Of a stretch of DNA of 64,000 nucleotides, positions 26,337-54,752 are shown piece after piece. Below the pieces are notes generated by a model. That model worked only from the letters and a program-made list of their open reading frames with translations. It was not told the DNA's origin and made no database searches. The stretch comes from Tubiluchus corallicola (lineage: Eukaryota; Animalia; Priapulida), in NCBI GenBank assembly GCA_030141605.1, contig JAQGDQ010000051.1, positions 62,001-126,000 on the forward strand, in the 5' to 3' direction. Each line of letters begins with the position of its first letter. Position 1 is the first letter of the stretch. The position numbers and the translations under genes were made by a program.

Positions 26337-26790
26337 ATTATTATGAGACACCAGTTCAGTTCAAAGATACTGGAAAAAGGTCTGACGAAATAAAACGAAG
26401 CAAAAATTAAACAAGCGGCAAAATTTTCAGCTTCAAGCCTTCAGCGTAAATTGTGTTACATTTTTGCTCTGCATCCCGATTATGTTTACAGTAGTACTGC
26501 ATCGCTTTTGGAAGTGATTTCTAAAAATAATTCATATGTTATCTTATAATTAATAAGCTATTATAAAGTAGACAGTGGTATTGTCTGTCTGACATTAATG
26601 GCTCCGTGTTAACTTTCTAACTTATGTTGGTACGTATCAGTTGCTATTAAGTATTATTATGATTATGTATTCATTTGCCATATGCTGATAAGTCAAGTTA
26701 TCTCCGAACGGCATTAGCATATGTTACTGTTATTTTCTCTTACATATAAAAAAGGAAATGTGAAGTGCTATTTTATTGAGTAGTACAGAA

Positions 26791-27690
26791 ACGGTGTGGC
26801 AAAAAGTGGTTATGGAAATGTAGGTAAAAGTGGCACAGAAAAAAATGGCACAAAGGGAAAAGTAGGTAAAAATGGCACACTTACTTAGTAATATATGTTC
26901 TGAGGGTTAGGATTCCTGGGGGCATAATTATTTTAGTTATTTTTACCTAAGTGTCAAGAAAGTTATACTTCAACACAGTTTGTTTGTTTGTTTGTCTGTT
27001 TGATTGGTTGTTTTTTGTCTGTTAGTGTTACGGCAGTGAGTACGGCAGTACACAAAAACTATCTAACAAGTAACAGATTTCCAAGAAACTTTATAATGAA
27101 GGGTGGGTGTAGAGTGCCAAAATGGGAATCTTTTTGCCAGTTCTTTTTTATTCGCAAAACTTGATTAGGTATTACACCATTTGTAATAACATTTGTGAAG
27201 CACTACATGGAGGTCTCAGAGGGAGTGTTTAGTATTTATTTTTTAGTCCATGATGGTGTAAACTCTATTTTATCATTATTTTTGCATCTACTTTGTGTAA
27301 TTTGCCAATAAAGGTATCGTTTTTTACACATCATTCTGTTGTTTCGTGGGTGGATGCCAGAAGAATTATAGACTTCTTGGCCTCTGCACCTGCTGGTACA
27401 GAACCAACCTGAGTAGTATTAGCTGTTGTCGATGAGGTATTGCCTGTAGTTCAATATCAGTACATGTACATTTTTGTATGTTTGCTTGTTTATATTTATG
27501 TTATTTTTTTTAATCAAAAGAACCAGACGAATAAGATTAGGATTGTTTGGCTTTGGCAAAGATCTGTTTCCTACTGAGCATGTTCTAGATTTATTATTAA
27601 AAATCAATTGCATCAAAATAACATACGTGCCATATTTCCTACTTTTCCATTTGTGCCATTTTTTTCTATGCGACTTTTACCGCACACTGG
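26791..27690. mobile_element. Non-autonomous element with inverted ~15-bp repeat arms, copy B
   Basis: Ends cggtgtggcaaaaagt and acttttaccgcacactg; AAAAATGGCAC versus GTGCCATTTTT arrays; homologous to copy A. Confidence 0.75.
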
Positions 27691-29474
27691 TTGTGTAGTC
27701 AAGCCATCCCTATTCAGTTAACATCTATTTTATAAGTAGTGGCACTGAGGCTGATACGCAAGAGTGCACAAAATAACAATTATGCATACATTTTGCAAAA
27801 TTATGAAGTTATTTTTGCATGACTGTGGAAGCCTACCAATCAGTTTGTTTTATTTGTATAGTTTCAGGTAGTGTCCTCCTGTTATACTTCAGTGATTTTA
27901 GAATAATACACAGCTTAGGTCATTACATCCATAGCACAGAAAAATGTGTTCTTTTTTGCTGTCGACATCTGTTAAATCTGTGATCGTATTATTAAAGTCC
28001 CGTAAAATATGTCTAATTAACATGTAACAAAACAAAATGCTGTTGACTCGCAACCACATTTTTATTTATTTTTCATTAAAACTATCCTATTTTATTCCTG
28101 TGTCATAGAATATTTGTATTTTCTTAACTAAGTAGCTTAATTTGCTTTTTACAGTTTATTGTTATATGTAACATTTGTTAAATTGGAAAGCAACTATAGA
28201 TGACAAAGGAATAGCCGAGTCATACTTAACGACCAACCATGGTTAAGCAACACTGAGCTTCCTTAGTAAATTTATCGCTATGTGAGTGTCAGCAAAGGAA
28301 TTTCTAGGGTGAAGTCGTTCTTTTTCAAGTTCATATGTGGGTCATTCTCCACAGAACATACAGTTCTTGTCCCAGGATAATTTTTTTTTAATAACAAAGT
28401 TTCTGGTGCGATACTATCTCATGACTGGTAGACACCAAAGAAAGAGACTTATTCCAGTTGAATTTGTTGCCAGAAAAGTGATTTGGACATTTCTACTGAA
28501 GCTGAAATCAGTTCCTGTGAAAGTTTTTCCTGTGTCCTCAGTGCCCATTTTCAACTTTTCCATTACGCTAGATTTGGCAGAAAGTATCCGTTTAAAAATT
28601 AATTTGCAGTATTTTATTCTAAACAGCACGCTAAAAGTGAAAATCCTCTTCCCAAATACTTTCAGAACTAGCAAATATTCGTGTTGCTTAATTTCACATG
28701 TGTCTCCGTGTTCATGTGTCATTGCTGTTACTTTGGTGAAAAAACTGAGGCATGTACCACTGAATTGACTCTATTGTTTTAAATATTTGTTAGCAGAGAG
28801 CATCACCTATTGTGAGTTGGCACACTTTTTAACGGTGGTTTCTCCAATGTTTTTTTAAGTTTCCTGACAAAAGTTTTGGTTCATTGTTTCTGGATATGTT
28901 AATTCATGATCATTACTGTTACATATCCTGTTATTAAAAAAACAGAACATAAAATGCTTATAATCATGTCTGGATAATTTTAGTAATTTACTGTGTTGAA
29001 TCTAATTATTCGGAAAGGGTGAAGTAGCATAGTTAGTCCGTGTAAGCAGGTTTTCTGCTTGACAGTCATTCCTGTTACTGTCACTCCTGTTATAATCATT
29101 CAAGTTACAGGACTGACAACAAAGTAACAGCAATGACACGTAAGAAGATATTTTGATATTTCAGAGTAGTATTGTGTAGTAGCAGAGAGACTATCTGGCT
29201 TATAGAAAGGACATTAGCACAACATGAAGTTTCTGCTTTTGACAGTTTAAACAATGGCAGAACAAATTTGTTCTGGTCCATTTCATAAACAATCCATTAT
29301 ATAATGAATTTTAGTAAATTTACATTAGAGAAATCCACTGTTTCCAGCTAGGAACATCACTATAAAGAAGCACGAGTTGAATCTGCCTTAATTGTAAAAA
29401 CTTAGCTTTAAATCAAAGTCACATTTTTGCTTCTTTATTAAAACACATACGTATATATTGCCTCTTTAATAAAA

Positions 29475-29580
29475 AACAGAAAATGTAATCTATCACTAAT
29501 GATTGATTAAAGAAGCAATATATATATATACATATATTGCTTCTTTAATCAATCATTAATGATAGATTACATTTTCTGTT
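29475..29580. repeat. 106-bp near-perfect palindrome with (TA)n centre
   Basis: Arms of about 49 bp (aacagaaaatgtaatctatcactaatgattgattaaagaagcaatatat and its reverse complement) with one mismatch. Confidence 0.95.
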
Positions 29581-29775
29581 ATTTTCCTCTATGATTATTG
29601 TTTTCGTAGATACCCTTAGTTTTGCTATAATGCTTTTGTTTCATTCCGAATTTTAAAGCCTCTTAATATATTTCTGACAAAGACTGCTAGAGCACAGCAG
29701 AAACGATGGATTTTCCAATTAAAATTTATTGTATAGTGAGTTTTTTATGCAATGGATATTGTTCTTTTTATAAAA
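29530..29775 (+). mobile_element. Putative Penelope-like element terminal repeat with degenerate hammerhead motif
   Basis: ctgacaaagactgctagagcacagcagaaacg at 29674-29705 resembles CTGANGA-stem-GAAAC; associated with (TA)n and an inverted tail. Confidence 0.5.
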
Positions 29776-31588
29776 ATTTAAAAGCTGTATTTTTTCTGTT
29801 CTTGTCAAACAGCTAAGAAGATTTTATAAAACATTTGTTGTTGCTTATATAGTGTGCGTATGAGTCATTCCTGTTGTACTGTTACTTCACTTGTCATTGC
29901 TGTTACCTTGTCATTCCTGTTATTGCCCAAAATTTCTCTATAGTTCTGAAACAGAATCTTCTTCTGAGCTGTGAAGTGTCACATCTAATTCATTTTTATT
30001 ACCATTACATTCCTACAATGTGATATGTTTTCATCCTTCCTTGTAAGTGAGCTGAGTCCATTCAAGATGCATGTCAGATGCAAACACTGCCCAACAAACG
30101 TGAAAACCAGTTCAACATGTAAAAAGGTTGCATTTGCATAAACATTTGACCAGATATTTATAGCAAGGGACAAAAAATATATTTTATAAGACCATTGGTT
30201 TATGACACTGGTTGATGTTTATAGGTTGTATTGCACACCTCACGTCTGTAACAGTAATGACAAAAGTAATTACTCAGATAACTTTAAAATGGTCATAGTA
30301 AAATTTAAAAGTGTTTTAAGCTCTGTCAGTATCCTTTTTGTATACAAGCGAACCTTATTAATAACATGGAAGAATAATTTTAAGAACATCTTTCCAGTCA
30401 TTTAGCAGATTTTTTCACATCTATTTTGCATGTTCTGTAGAGAATGACCCATGTAATGTTTTACATAGCCTAACTTAAAGGAAGCAATGGAAGAAGCACT
30501 ACCTGAAACAGCTGTTACTGAAGTTTTGCACATTGTGTGGATGTGCAACATGCATTCATACATGGGTGTCAGTAGCTCAGTGCTTTTGCATTTTGGACTG
30601 GTTTTAACCTAGTTCAGAATAGCTCATCAAAAGACCCATGAAGTTACGCATTTTGATCGCAGTTCATATAAATTAAAATCTTCTATCTTTGATGATCTAA
30701 AATTAAAATCTTCTAACTTTGATGATGCACATGTTCGCGTGTTTTTGTTTTGGGATGCCATAAAATAACAAACAATGCCTAAGTACATGTATGTTGTCCC
30801 AAGTTATCAATTTTTTAATTTGTAATTGGCTGCTATATGCTTCATTTAGGTTAGCCTCAAGTTCTTGATTGATTTTTTTTGCTTTATCAATTCTGACTGC
30901 AGTACTTGCTAGTTTAGAATACAGCTTGTTGTATTTTGCCTTCTCGAGTTTCCTGTCTCAATATAACTTCCGATTACTTTTCAAAATAGAAATTTCTGCA
31001 AATTTATCATTCACTTCGACTTTACTTTGAAGAATAGCAGCTAAAAGTTTAACATCTACACAATTTAATTTACCTTGAGATACGGCGTCACATTCAGTCA
31101 ATGTTGCAGTCGTCTTCTCATTGAAAATGAACATGACAGTCCTGAATATACACTCTGTATTCTTCCATTGTTTATTTTCCATCAATATCGACACGCTTTC
31201 CCTATTGTTCGGTTTATGCAAAAGTTGTTTTTTAGTTTTTGTTTTGATTTTAAATTTAGTCATCAAGAATATCACTGATGGCTCTATCTATTATATAGCA
31301 TCATTTAATCAAAACGGTAGCATTGTAAATTTATAATTGTTAAGATTTTTAAAACATTTTTATGGGCCAATCAGTCAACCTTCCAAAAATTCGAAACTTT
31401 AAATCACATTACAGGTGAGCGGTACCAGTGCAGCAGCATATAAACACGTCCGCTCAGTTTGAAAACCTGTTCATATCATACTACAGCTCGCTTCATAAAT
31501 GTTGGTTGCTTCAGGAAATTTATACAATGTTGCCTGCTGACTTTTTTCACTTTCTTTTGTTTGTAGAAGGCCAGTCATAATCAGCAAG

Positions 31589-48564
<16,976 letters not shown>

Positions 48565-48813
48565 GAGAATTTTATTAGAGAGAATATTGATTAATTAATA
48601 CATCAGAACAGTAAAAGTTTGGTACTCTGAGTAACCCGCCAATTATTCTTACTATTTTTGTGTATTTATGTTGTATACTGGTACGGTAACCCGAAGGCCA
48701 AATTTAGTGTAAATTGGCATGTCACTTGTTTTATAAATACCTATTGCTAGTGAACTTCAGAAGAAGAAGTAAATATGCAAAATTAAATAGCACACTTAAA
48801 CTTAAGTTCACAC

Positions 48814-49327
48814 ATGATGTACAAACCCACAATTAATTAAATTTTGATACCAAAGTTGAAAGACTTGAAAGACGGGAAATGTAAAACTGTTTTGTTACGA
48901 CCATGATATGAACTAGGGACCTTCTGCTTACAAGCCTTTCCGCATTCCAAATTCAGCATTTCCAATATTAGATGGCTCGCACTAGAGTGATTCTGACTAA
49001 TTAATAAATTTTATATGTATTAATTTTGCAGTTTGATTAATTAATTATCCACAGAAATTTCAGGCTCAAATACAAATAAAATTAATTAGTTAGAATCACC
49101 AATGTGAGCGATCTAACATAGGAAATGCTGAATTTAATTGACTAGCTATAATGATCAACTTTGGACTGCTTGGAGTACCGGAAGATACAGTGGCCTGGAG
49201 GTCTAAGGTGCCTTTCTTGTAAGCAGAAGGTCCCTTGTTCAATTCATGCTGCATCCCAACTTTTTTGCTTCTCCTGTCTTTCAAGTTTGGTATTAAAATT
49301 TTATTAACTGTGAGGTTGTACCATCAT
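48814..49327. mobile_element. Fold-back (palindromic) element with outward-facing tRNA-like units
   Basis: Arms pair along most of their length (ttttgataccaaagttgaaagac/gtctttcaagtttggtattaaaa; gggaccttctgcttacaag/cttgtaagcagaaggtccc; aaattcagcatttcc/ggaaatgctgaattt); related sequence at 270-360 and 10335-10790. Confidence 0.85.
49184..49256 (+). pseudogene. tRNA-like sequence, TGT (Thr) anticodon, within the fold-back element
   Basis: GATACAG/CTGCATC acceptor-like stem, A-box-like TGGCCTGGAGG, loop CTTGTAA, B-box-like GTTCAATTC, followed by TTTTTT at 49261; stems imperfect. Confidence 0.65.
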
Positions 49328-50576
49328 TAATATAATTAACAGGTGCACAGGTATTTCAATTGTTGATGTTTTTCTGCTTCATGTACAACAGTTGCCTGAA
49401 AAATTAAAAATCAAAACAAGTGCTAACAAAATCCTTAAATACAAAAAAGACTAGCCACAGTGTGCCAACAGATATTTTTGCTTAAACAGTTGCATTTTGA
49501 AATTTCAACATAAGCGAATAAGGCTTTTCTTGCTTCTGAAAGTCGTCTAAGAAATTGCACTCTTTGAAAGATGTTTTGTGCTTATATTTGTTAAAGACAG
49601 GGTTAAAAGTATCTCAGTTTCTACCTATAGTATCTTCTTAATGTCACTGAATTAAAATCTTATTTTACAAAGTGCATTAAATTTGGCTTTCATATATTAA
49701 TCATGTTTATTTCATCTATATTAATTGCAGTGACACATGATCATTGCTTTTTTGAAGTCTAACCTGAAAGTTTGCAGCATTTTTTCCTGTGAATGTGTTC
49801 ACACTGGATCTGGAAAAACAGCAAAACATCCTAGATACTCAGTATAATGTAAATGAGATTTTCATTCTTTGCTTTTTATGCGTTTGCAAAATGTATGCTT
49901 GGCTAAATATTTTTTGCCTTGCTCTGGAAAGTCTTGTAATTCTTTCATTAGTTTCAAGTGGGCTCATCTCAACTTATTTATTCTTTGCTGACTTTTACTT
50001 TGTTTATTTGTCTTGTTTATAAAATGTATATTTGCTATATTTTCCAGGCCAAACTGTTTGTTTAGTAGCTGCTATGTCGAACTGTCTAATTAGATTCATT
50101 AAACTGGAAGTGAAATCGTGGATGGTTAAAAATATAGGTATTAATGTTATTCATTATAGTTCATGAGAGTGTTAACCCATAATTTTTTCAATACCAAATG
50201 TTTCTAAAAGCTATAATACTATATTTAAATTTTGATATTTAAATTGTTATTTTAAATGGAGGTATTTTTAGAGATAAAAATCAAATAAAGTTAATAACAA
50301 TCATCTCAGGATACTAATATGTAGGCGTGCTTTAATTTTATTATTAATTTTTAATACCTGAATCTTTTGAATTCTCGCAAACATAACTGTAAGTTCCTAT
50401 TTTTCATCTATAAAAATTATAATTTGATTAAAATATCCCGAGTGGTCGTTGATAACAATATGCAATGCAGTTTGTTATGGCAGAGTTACCATTATGTCTA
50501 CAGATTAAAACCAGCAATCTAACATTATTTCAAAGTTTTATGTTTATGTAACAATTATTATTTTTACTTTATTTTG

Positions 50577-50875
50577 TTTATTCATGTCTTGCATTTATTA
50601 AGATCAATGAATTTACTTCATGAGATTGTGATAATGGACCAAAGGCGTTTATGTACCCAAAGAATTGCCATTTACAATTGTAAATTATCACTGAACAGTT
50701 GAGCTAAATTTTGCAGAATTGTATTGTATGTATAATATAATTTCGTTTATTCATGTCCTTCTGTTGGGGAGGATTATATATTTACTCCATGAGATTGTGA
50801 TAAAGCACCAAAGATAATTAGTATCCAAAGAGCTGCTATTTACAATCATAAGCTGTTATTTAATATTCGAGCTAT
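50577..50875. repeat. Diverged tandem repeat, about 170-bp period
   Basis: tttattcatgtc...tttact(t/c)catgagattgtgataa...accaaag...atttacaat...gagcta occurs at about 50577 and 50747. Confidence 0.75.
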
Positions 50876-51537
50876 GTGTTGTGTTAAAACCAAAGTAAAT
50901 CTTCAGTTTAATTGGAAATAAATCAATAAATATTTAAGCATAAATTTAAGATTGTTTTGTTTGTGTATCAATATTATTTTTAATAATCACATTGTGATTT
51001 AACTATTGTAAAGCAACAGGTAAATAGTTACCTGCAAGTACAGCGCCGACTAAAATGTGCTAGAATAATGACTGTTGTGAGTCTGCAATTGACAGTTGTT
51101 AAACTACACAAGCAGCCTATCTACAATTTTAATGAATATCAAGCAACTTGGTTTCGAACCTCTAAAGTCACATGACTTATATTTGCTTGTTAGTCACTGC
51201 TTCCATTCCAACTAGCTAAGTAATTTAGAAGCCCACACAGAAAAGTTTGCAAATCCACCAAAAAAATTATTATTCATTGTACAGATTGATTACATTACAA
51301 GTTTAGTGTACAACATAACATTCTTTTAACCAGAGAGTGCTCAATAGAGGTGCATAGTTGCCTTGATGAGAATGAGATCAATGTACAGGAGACTACCACA
51401 AATAATGGATTTTCTACATTAACACGCATTGTAATTTCATTTGAAGTTATATTGAATATCTGCAAAAAACGTCTAATCGAATCGTGGTAATAGACGTATA
51501 AATCTTATCTTAATATAGACAGAACTCGAAGGTACAA

Positions 51538-52897
51538 TGTTATGAATAAATTTTGCAATATGAATTTCGGTGTATATTAATTGGGTTTATCAGATGAATC
51601 AGATTATGATGATAAACTCGCTCCTCCCTGATTTTGATATGGAAATTCATATAATTTGATTAAGGGACTCACCCAGCTTGTAGCTTGAATTTAATGAGTT
51701 AGAGAAGTGAAATCGACAAGCCGAGATGTCTCAAGTTAAGTTCAAGAGTTTAGATTTAATAAGCAGAATTGTCGCAATGTAGTGAAACCGACAGGTGCAG
51801 AATTCAAAGGGATGCCGTTTATTAGCAGCGTGCATACCAATTAGAAAACAAGAGAATAAGGTCAGTAGTAACCGTTTGTCGCGTGGCGAGTAAAGAAATC
51901 AAAAGCGGCAAACCCAGTAGCAGCAATTATTGACCATAAAGTTAGCTATCGAAAGTATTATCCACTGTCCAGGAGGTAAGATTGCCCGAGATGGTGCAAT
52001 CCTCCGCGGTCAATGCGCAATAAGGCTTTTGCTTTATAAGCTTGGAGAAAGTTCAAGCTAGAGACACAACAATGTAGCGAGAGAACACACACAACGAGGA
52101 GGGGAGACTCACACGACGAAGGAGTGAGGAACTGACAGTGGTTGCCGAGATATTGTTGTCCGAGGCATTCTGCAAGACGTCAGAAGTATCGTTAGCCCAG
52201 CATAGTGAATCAACTGCGTACTTAGCAAAGTCTGAGCACTGGTGCTGCGAGGTCTCGTAGAGGAACAGCGATTTGGCCAATAGCAATTGTAAATTGGCCA
52301 ATTCGCCAGTTAAGTGAACTTACTTATTTATTTGTAACTTGTATCTGACTACTGTTTGTAACCGTAACGTAGTTGTATGACTTAAGCACCCTCAGTGCAT
52401 CATAGCGACTTAAAAGATCAGTTAAGTGGATAGTATCTCTTTGGGATTAGACATTATTTGTAAACGCTCACCGGCGTATAAGGACACATCCTGTATTGAT
52501 ACCAAAGTTGATTTAACTTGTAACTACAATAAAGCTATTCACTGAGCTACCTTAACCACAGAGTTTTGTTAATATTTAATGCGTTACTAGTGGCTCATAA
52601 TCGCAACACTAAATCCTTGATTCGAACCTGAAACGATTCGCAGTGTAGAGCTCATTGCGGGAGCTCACTTGTAAACTTGAGGGATAAAGATCTGACTCAC
52701 AACGCAAGTTCGAGGTTACAGTTGTGTAGGACAGATCATTGCCTTATCGACTGAACCGAAGCCCTCAGAGTCGGGTAATTGATCTACCGGCTTAATCAGT
52801 TACCTGGAAGCAATCGGTGTGCAAATCATCATCATTAATTCGATTAATTATATTAATTAATCAAGATCACTCATTACAAAAAGAGAGGGTGATAACA
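51538..52897. mobile_element. Solo LTR, possibly with a second solo LTR nested at 51770-52608
   Basis: TGTTAT...ATAACA termini flanked by a 4-bp ACAA duplication; the inner GC-richer block has TGTCGCAAT...ATCGCAACA ends, a TATA-like TTTATAAG near 52033 and AATAAA near 52529. Confidence 0.7.
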
Positions 52898-53220
52898 ACA
52901 ACAATGATATTGTGCCGTTCTAAAACGTGTGACTGATTGTTGTTTTCTGATACCTTTCCAGTCAAAAATCTGATGTCACAGTGAAATGAAAAGATCAGAA
53001 TCTTAAACTGATACTGAGCTAAATTAACAATCACATTTTAGATGATATCAGTATCATCAGGTATCGTCAGTCTAGGTACACTGGCATGCTTTAGAGTGTA
53101 CTCCTATTAATACTCCTATTAATCACATCTCACTAAACAAAAATAAACGAAATTTCAAAGGCTGTGTTGCAGACGATAAAATTTAAAAAATCTATAATAC
53201 AGAATGCAATATGTAATTAC

Positions 53221-53243
53221 ATATATATATATATATATATATG
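53221..53243. repeat. (TA)n microsatellite
   Basis: Perfect AT run flanked by attac/gtaat, forming a short palindrome. Confidence 0.9.
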
Positions 53244-53520
53244 TAATCTAAATGTAATTACTATATGTAATCTATAACACAGAATAAAGAATGTCACAGG
53301 AAAAGTAGCATTTGTTGACGTTTGAACCTTCAGTTTTATGAATGTCATTTGACAGCATTTGAAGAAAGCTTGGAGTTGTGTGGGCATGATTTTGTTTGAC
53401 CGTGCGCTATTGTGCCACACACTAGGGCCTTTTGATTTGCAGTAGCTACAAAAAACAATTAAAATGATCATAATATAGTTTCAGTCAAACCCTGTTGAGA
53501 CAGGAAGAAAGGGAAAGAAA

Positions 53521-53735
53521 GATAGAGAGAGAGAGAGAACGAGGAGAAAGATTGAGAGAGAGAGAGAGAGAGAGAGAGAGTGAGTTTATAAACCCTAGAT
53601 AAAGTCATGAATTAAGATGAAACAATAAAAAAGAAAAGTTTGCAGGTAAACACGTGTGCACACATACTCACACACATACATGCAAACACACGCCCGCACG
53701 CACACATGCACCCACACTCGCTCACTCACACGTGC
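53521..53735. repeat. (GA)n and degenerate (CA)n microsatellites
   Basis: GA runs at 53521-53580 and a CA-rich tract at about 53650-53735. Confidence 0.9.
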
Positions 53736-54599
53736 ACCCATCTTCTCCAGACACATTCGTATATACAATTGCATTACCACCTCTTCTACATTCTAGTTAC
53801 TGTAGGCACTGACCTTTCCAAACTTCACTACGAAATTGCTTGAATTGTGGAACCTGTGTAGTTTGTAGCTGTTTGTGTTGGAGGAGCTGTTTTAAGAACT
53901 TTAAAATTATAGCTCATTTCTTCCTCTTTCTAGAGTGCTATGATTTTTCCTTCAAGATTCCCCACCCAGTGCAGGCCTGAAATTTTTTTGCATCGTTAAA
54001 ATTTCGAAAAAATGGCAAGATTATAAGCCGGGAAAACACTCACTGTGGAACGTCCTAGAACTCCCGTAAAATCTAATATCTAGTACATAGATAGATTATC
54101 TGTCTATGTATCTATACTATTATATATCAATATATTATAGACACTAGCCATAGCAACCATATAAAACTGCATGTGCATTTGTAATGATTACCATAGTAAC
54201 CATCTCTTTAATTTATTCAGAGTAATTTTGTGGCATGATTAATAAGGCTCTGATATGACAATTGTCGCTTTTACTGGGCATATATATAGCCAGGTCGTTG
54301 CTATAGTAGACAGTAACCGTAGCAACCATATGAAACGGAATACATGTACATGCAACCACTTGCTATGGCTAGCTTGCTCATCAAGGCATAGCAAGATGCT
54401 GCAAGAATTAATATTTTTTAATGCCTTTTACAGTATAAAATTGAGAAGATGATTACGTTTTAGAATCATACTAATTAGCACGTGTAATCAATTTATTAAC
54501 TATTTGAAGTACTACAATAACAATAACGTAGCATATTAATTGTGAACCGGTTAGAACTTAGAAGTTAACGAAGGCTAATTCATTCTCTACTACATGTAA

Positions 54600-54752
54600 T
54601 TTGATTAGAGAGGGCGCTATAGAAACGAGAAATCACCATCAGCGAGCCGTTTTTTGACAGTTGCAAATGCAGATTGCCACATGCGCCTGGGTTGTATTGC
54701 ACCGCCGATACATAATGCGTCGATCTGTTTTGTCAAATTATTGTTATTGTAG
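54600..54752 (+). promoter_or_regulatory. Possible FRG1 promoter / non-coding first exon
   Basis: Local CpG-richer island ending in AG|GTATTT; an acceptor atacag at 56776 precedes the ATG. Confidence 0.4.

Noticed and set aside
28337-28768. 143-aa and 102-aa overlapping ORFs
   Set aside because: No recognisable motif or splice context.
30669-30728. Short tandem duplication of about 30 bp (similar short repeats near 56177-56290)
   Set aside because: Ordinary local duplications with no further structure.
30850-31275. Minus-strand 105-aa ORF, possible LINE ORF1 relic
   Set aside because: Only compositional resemblance; no diagnostic motif.
49184-49256. Functional tRNA-Thr(UGU) gene
   Set aside because: Anticodon and T stems are mispaired and the unit lies in a repeat; kept only as tRNA-like.
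54070-54560. Helitron-like start (tctatactatta) and CTAG ends
   Set aside because: No convincing 3' hairpin plus CTRR terminus could be paired with it.
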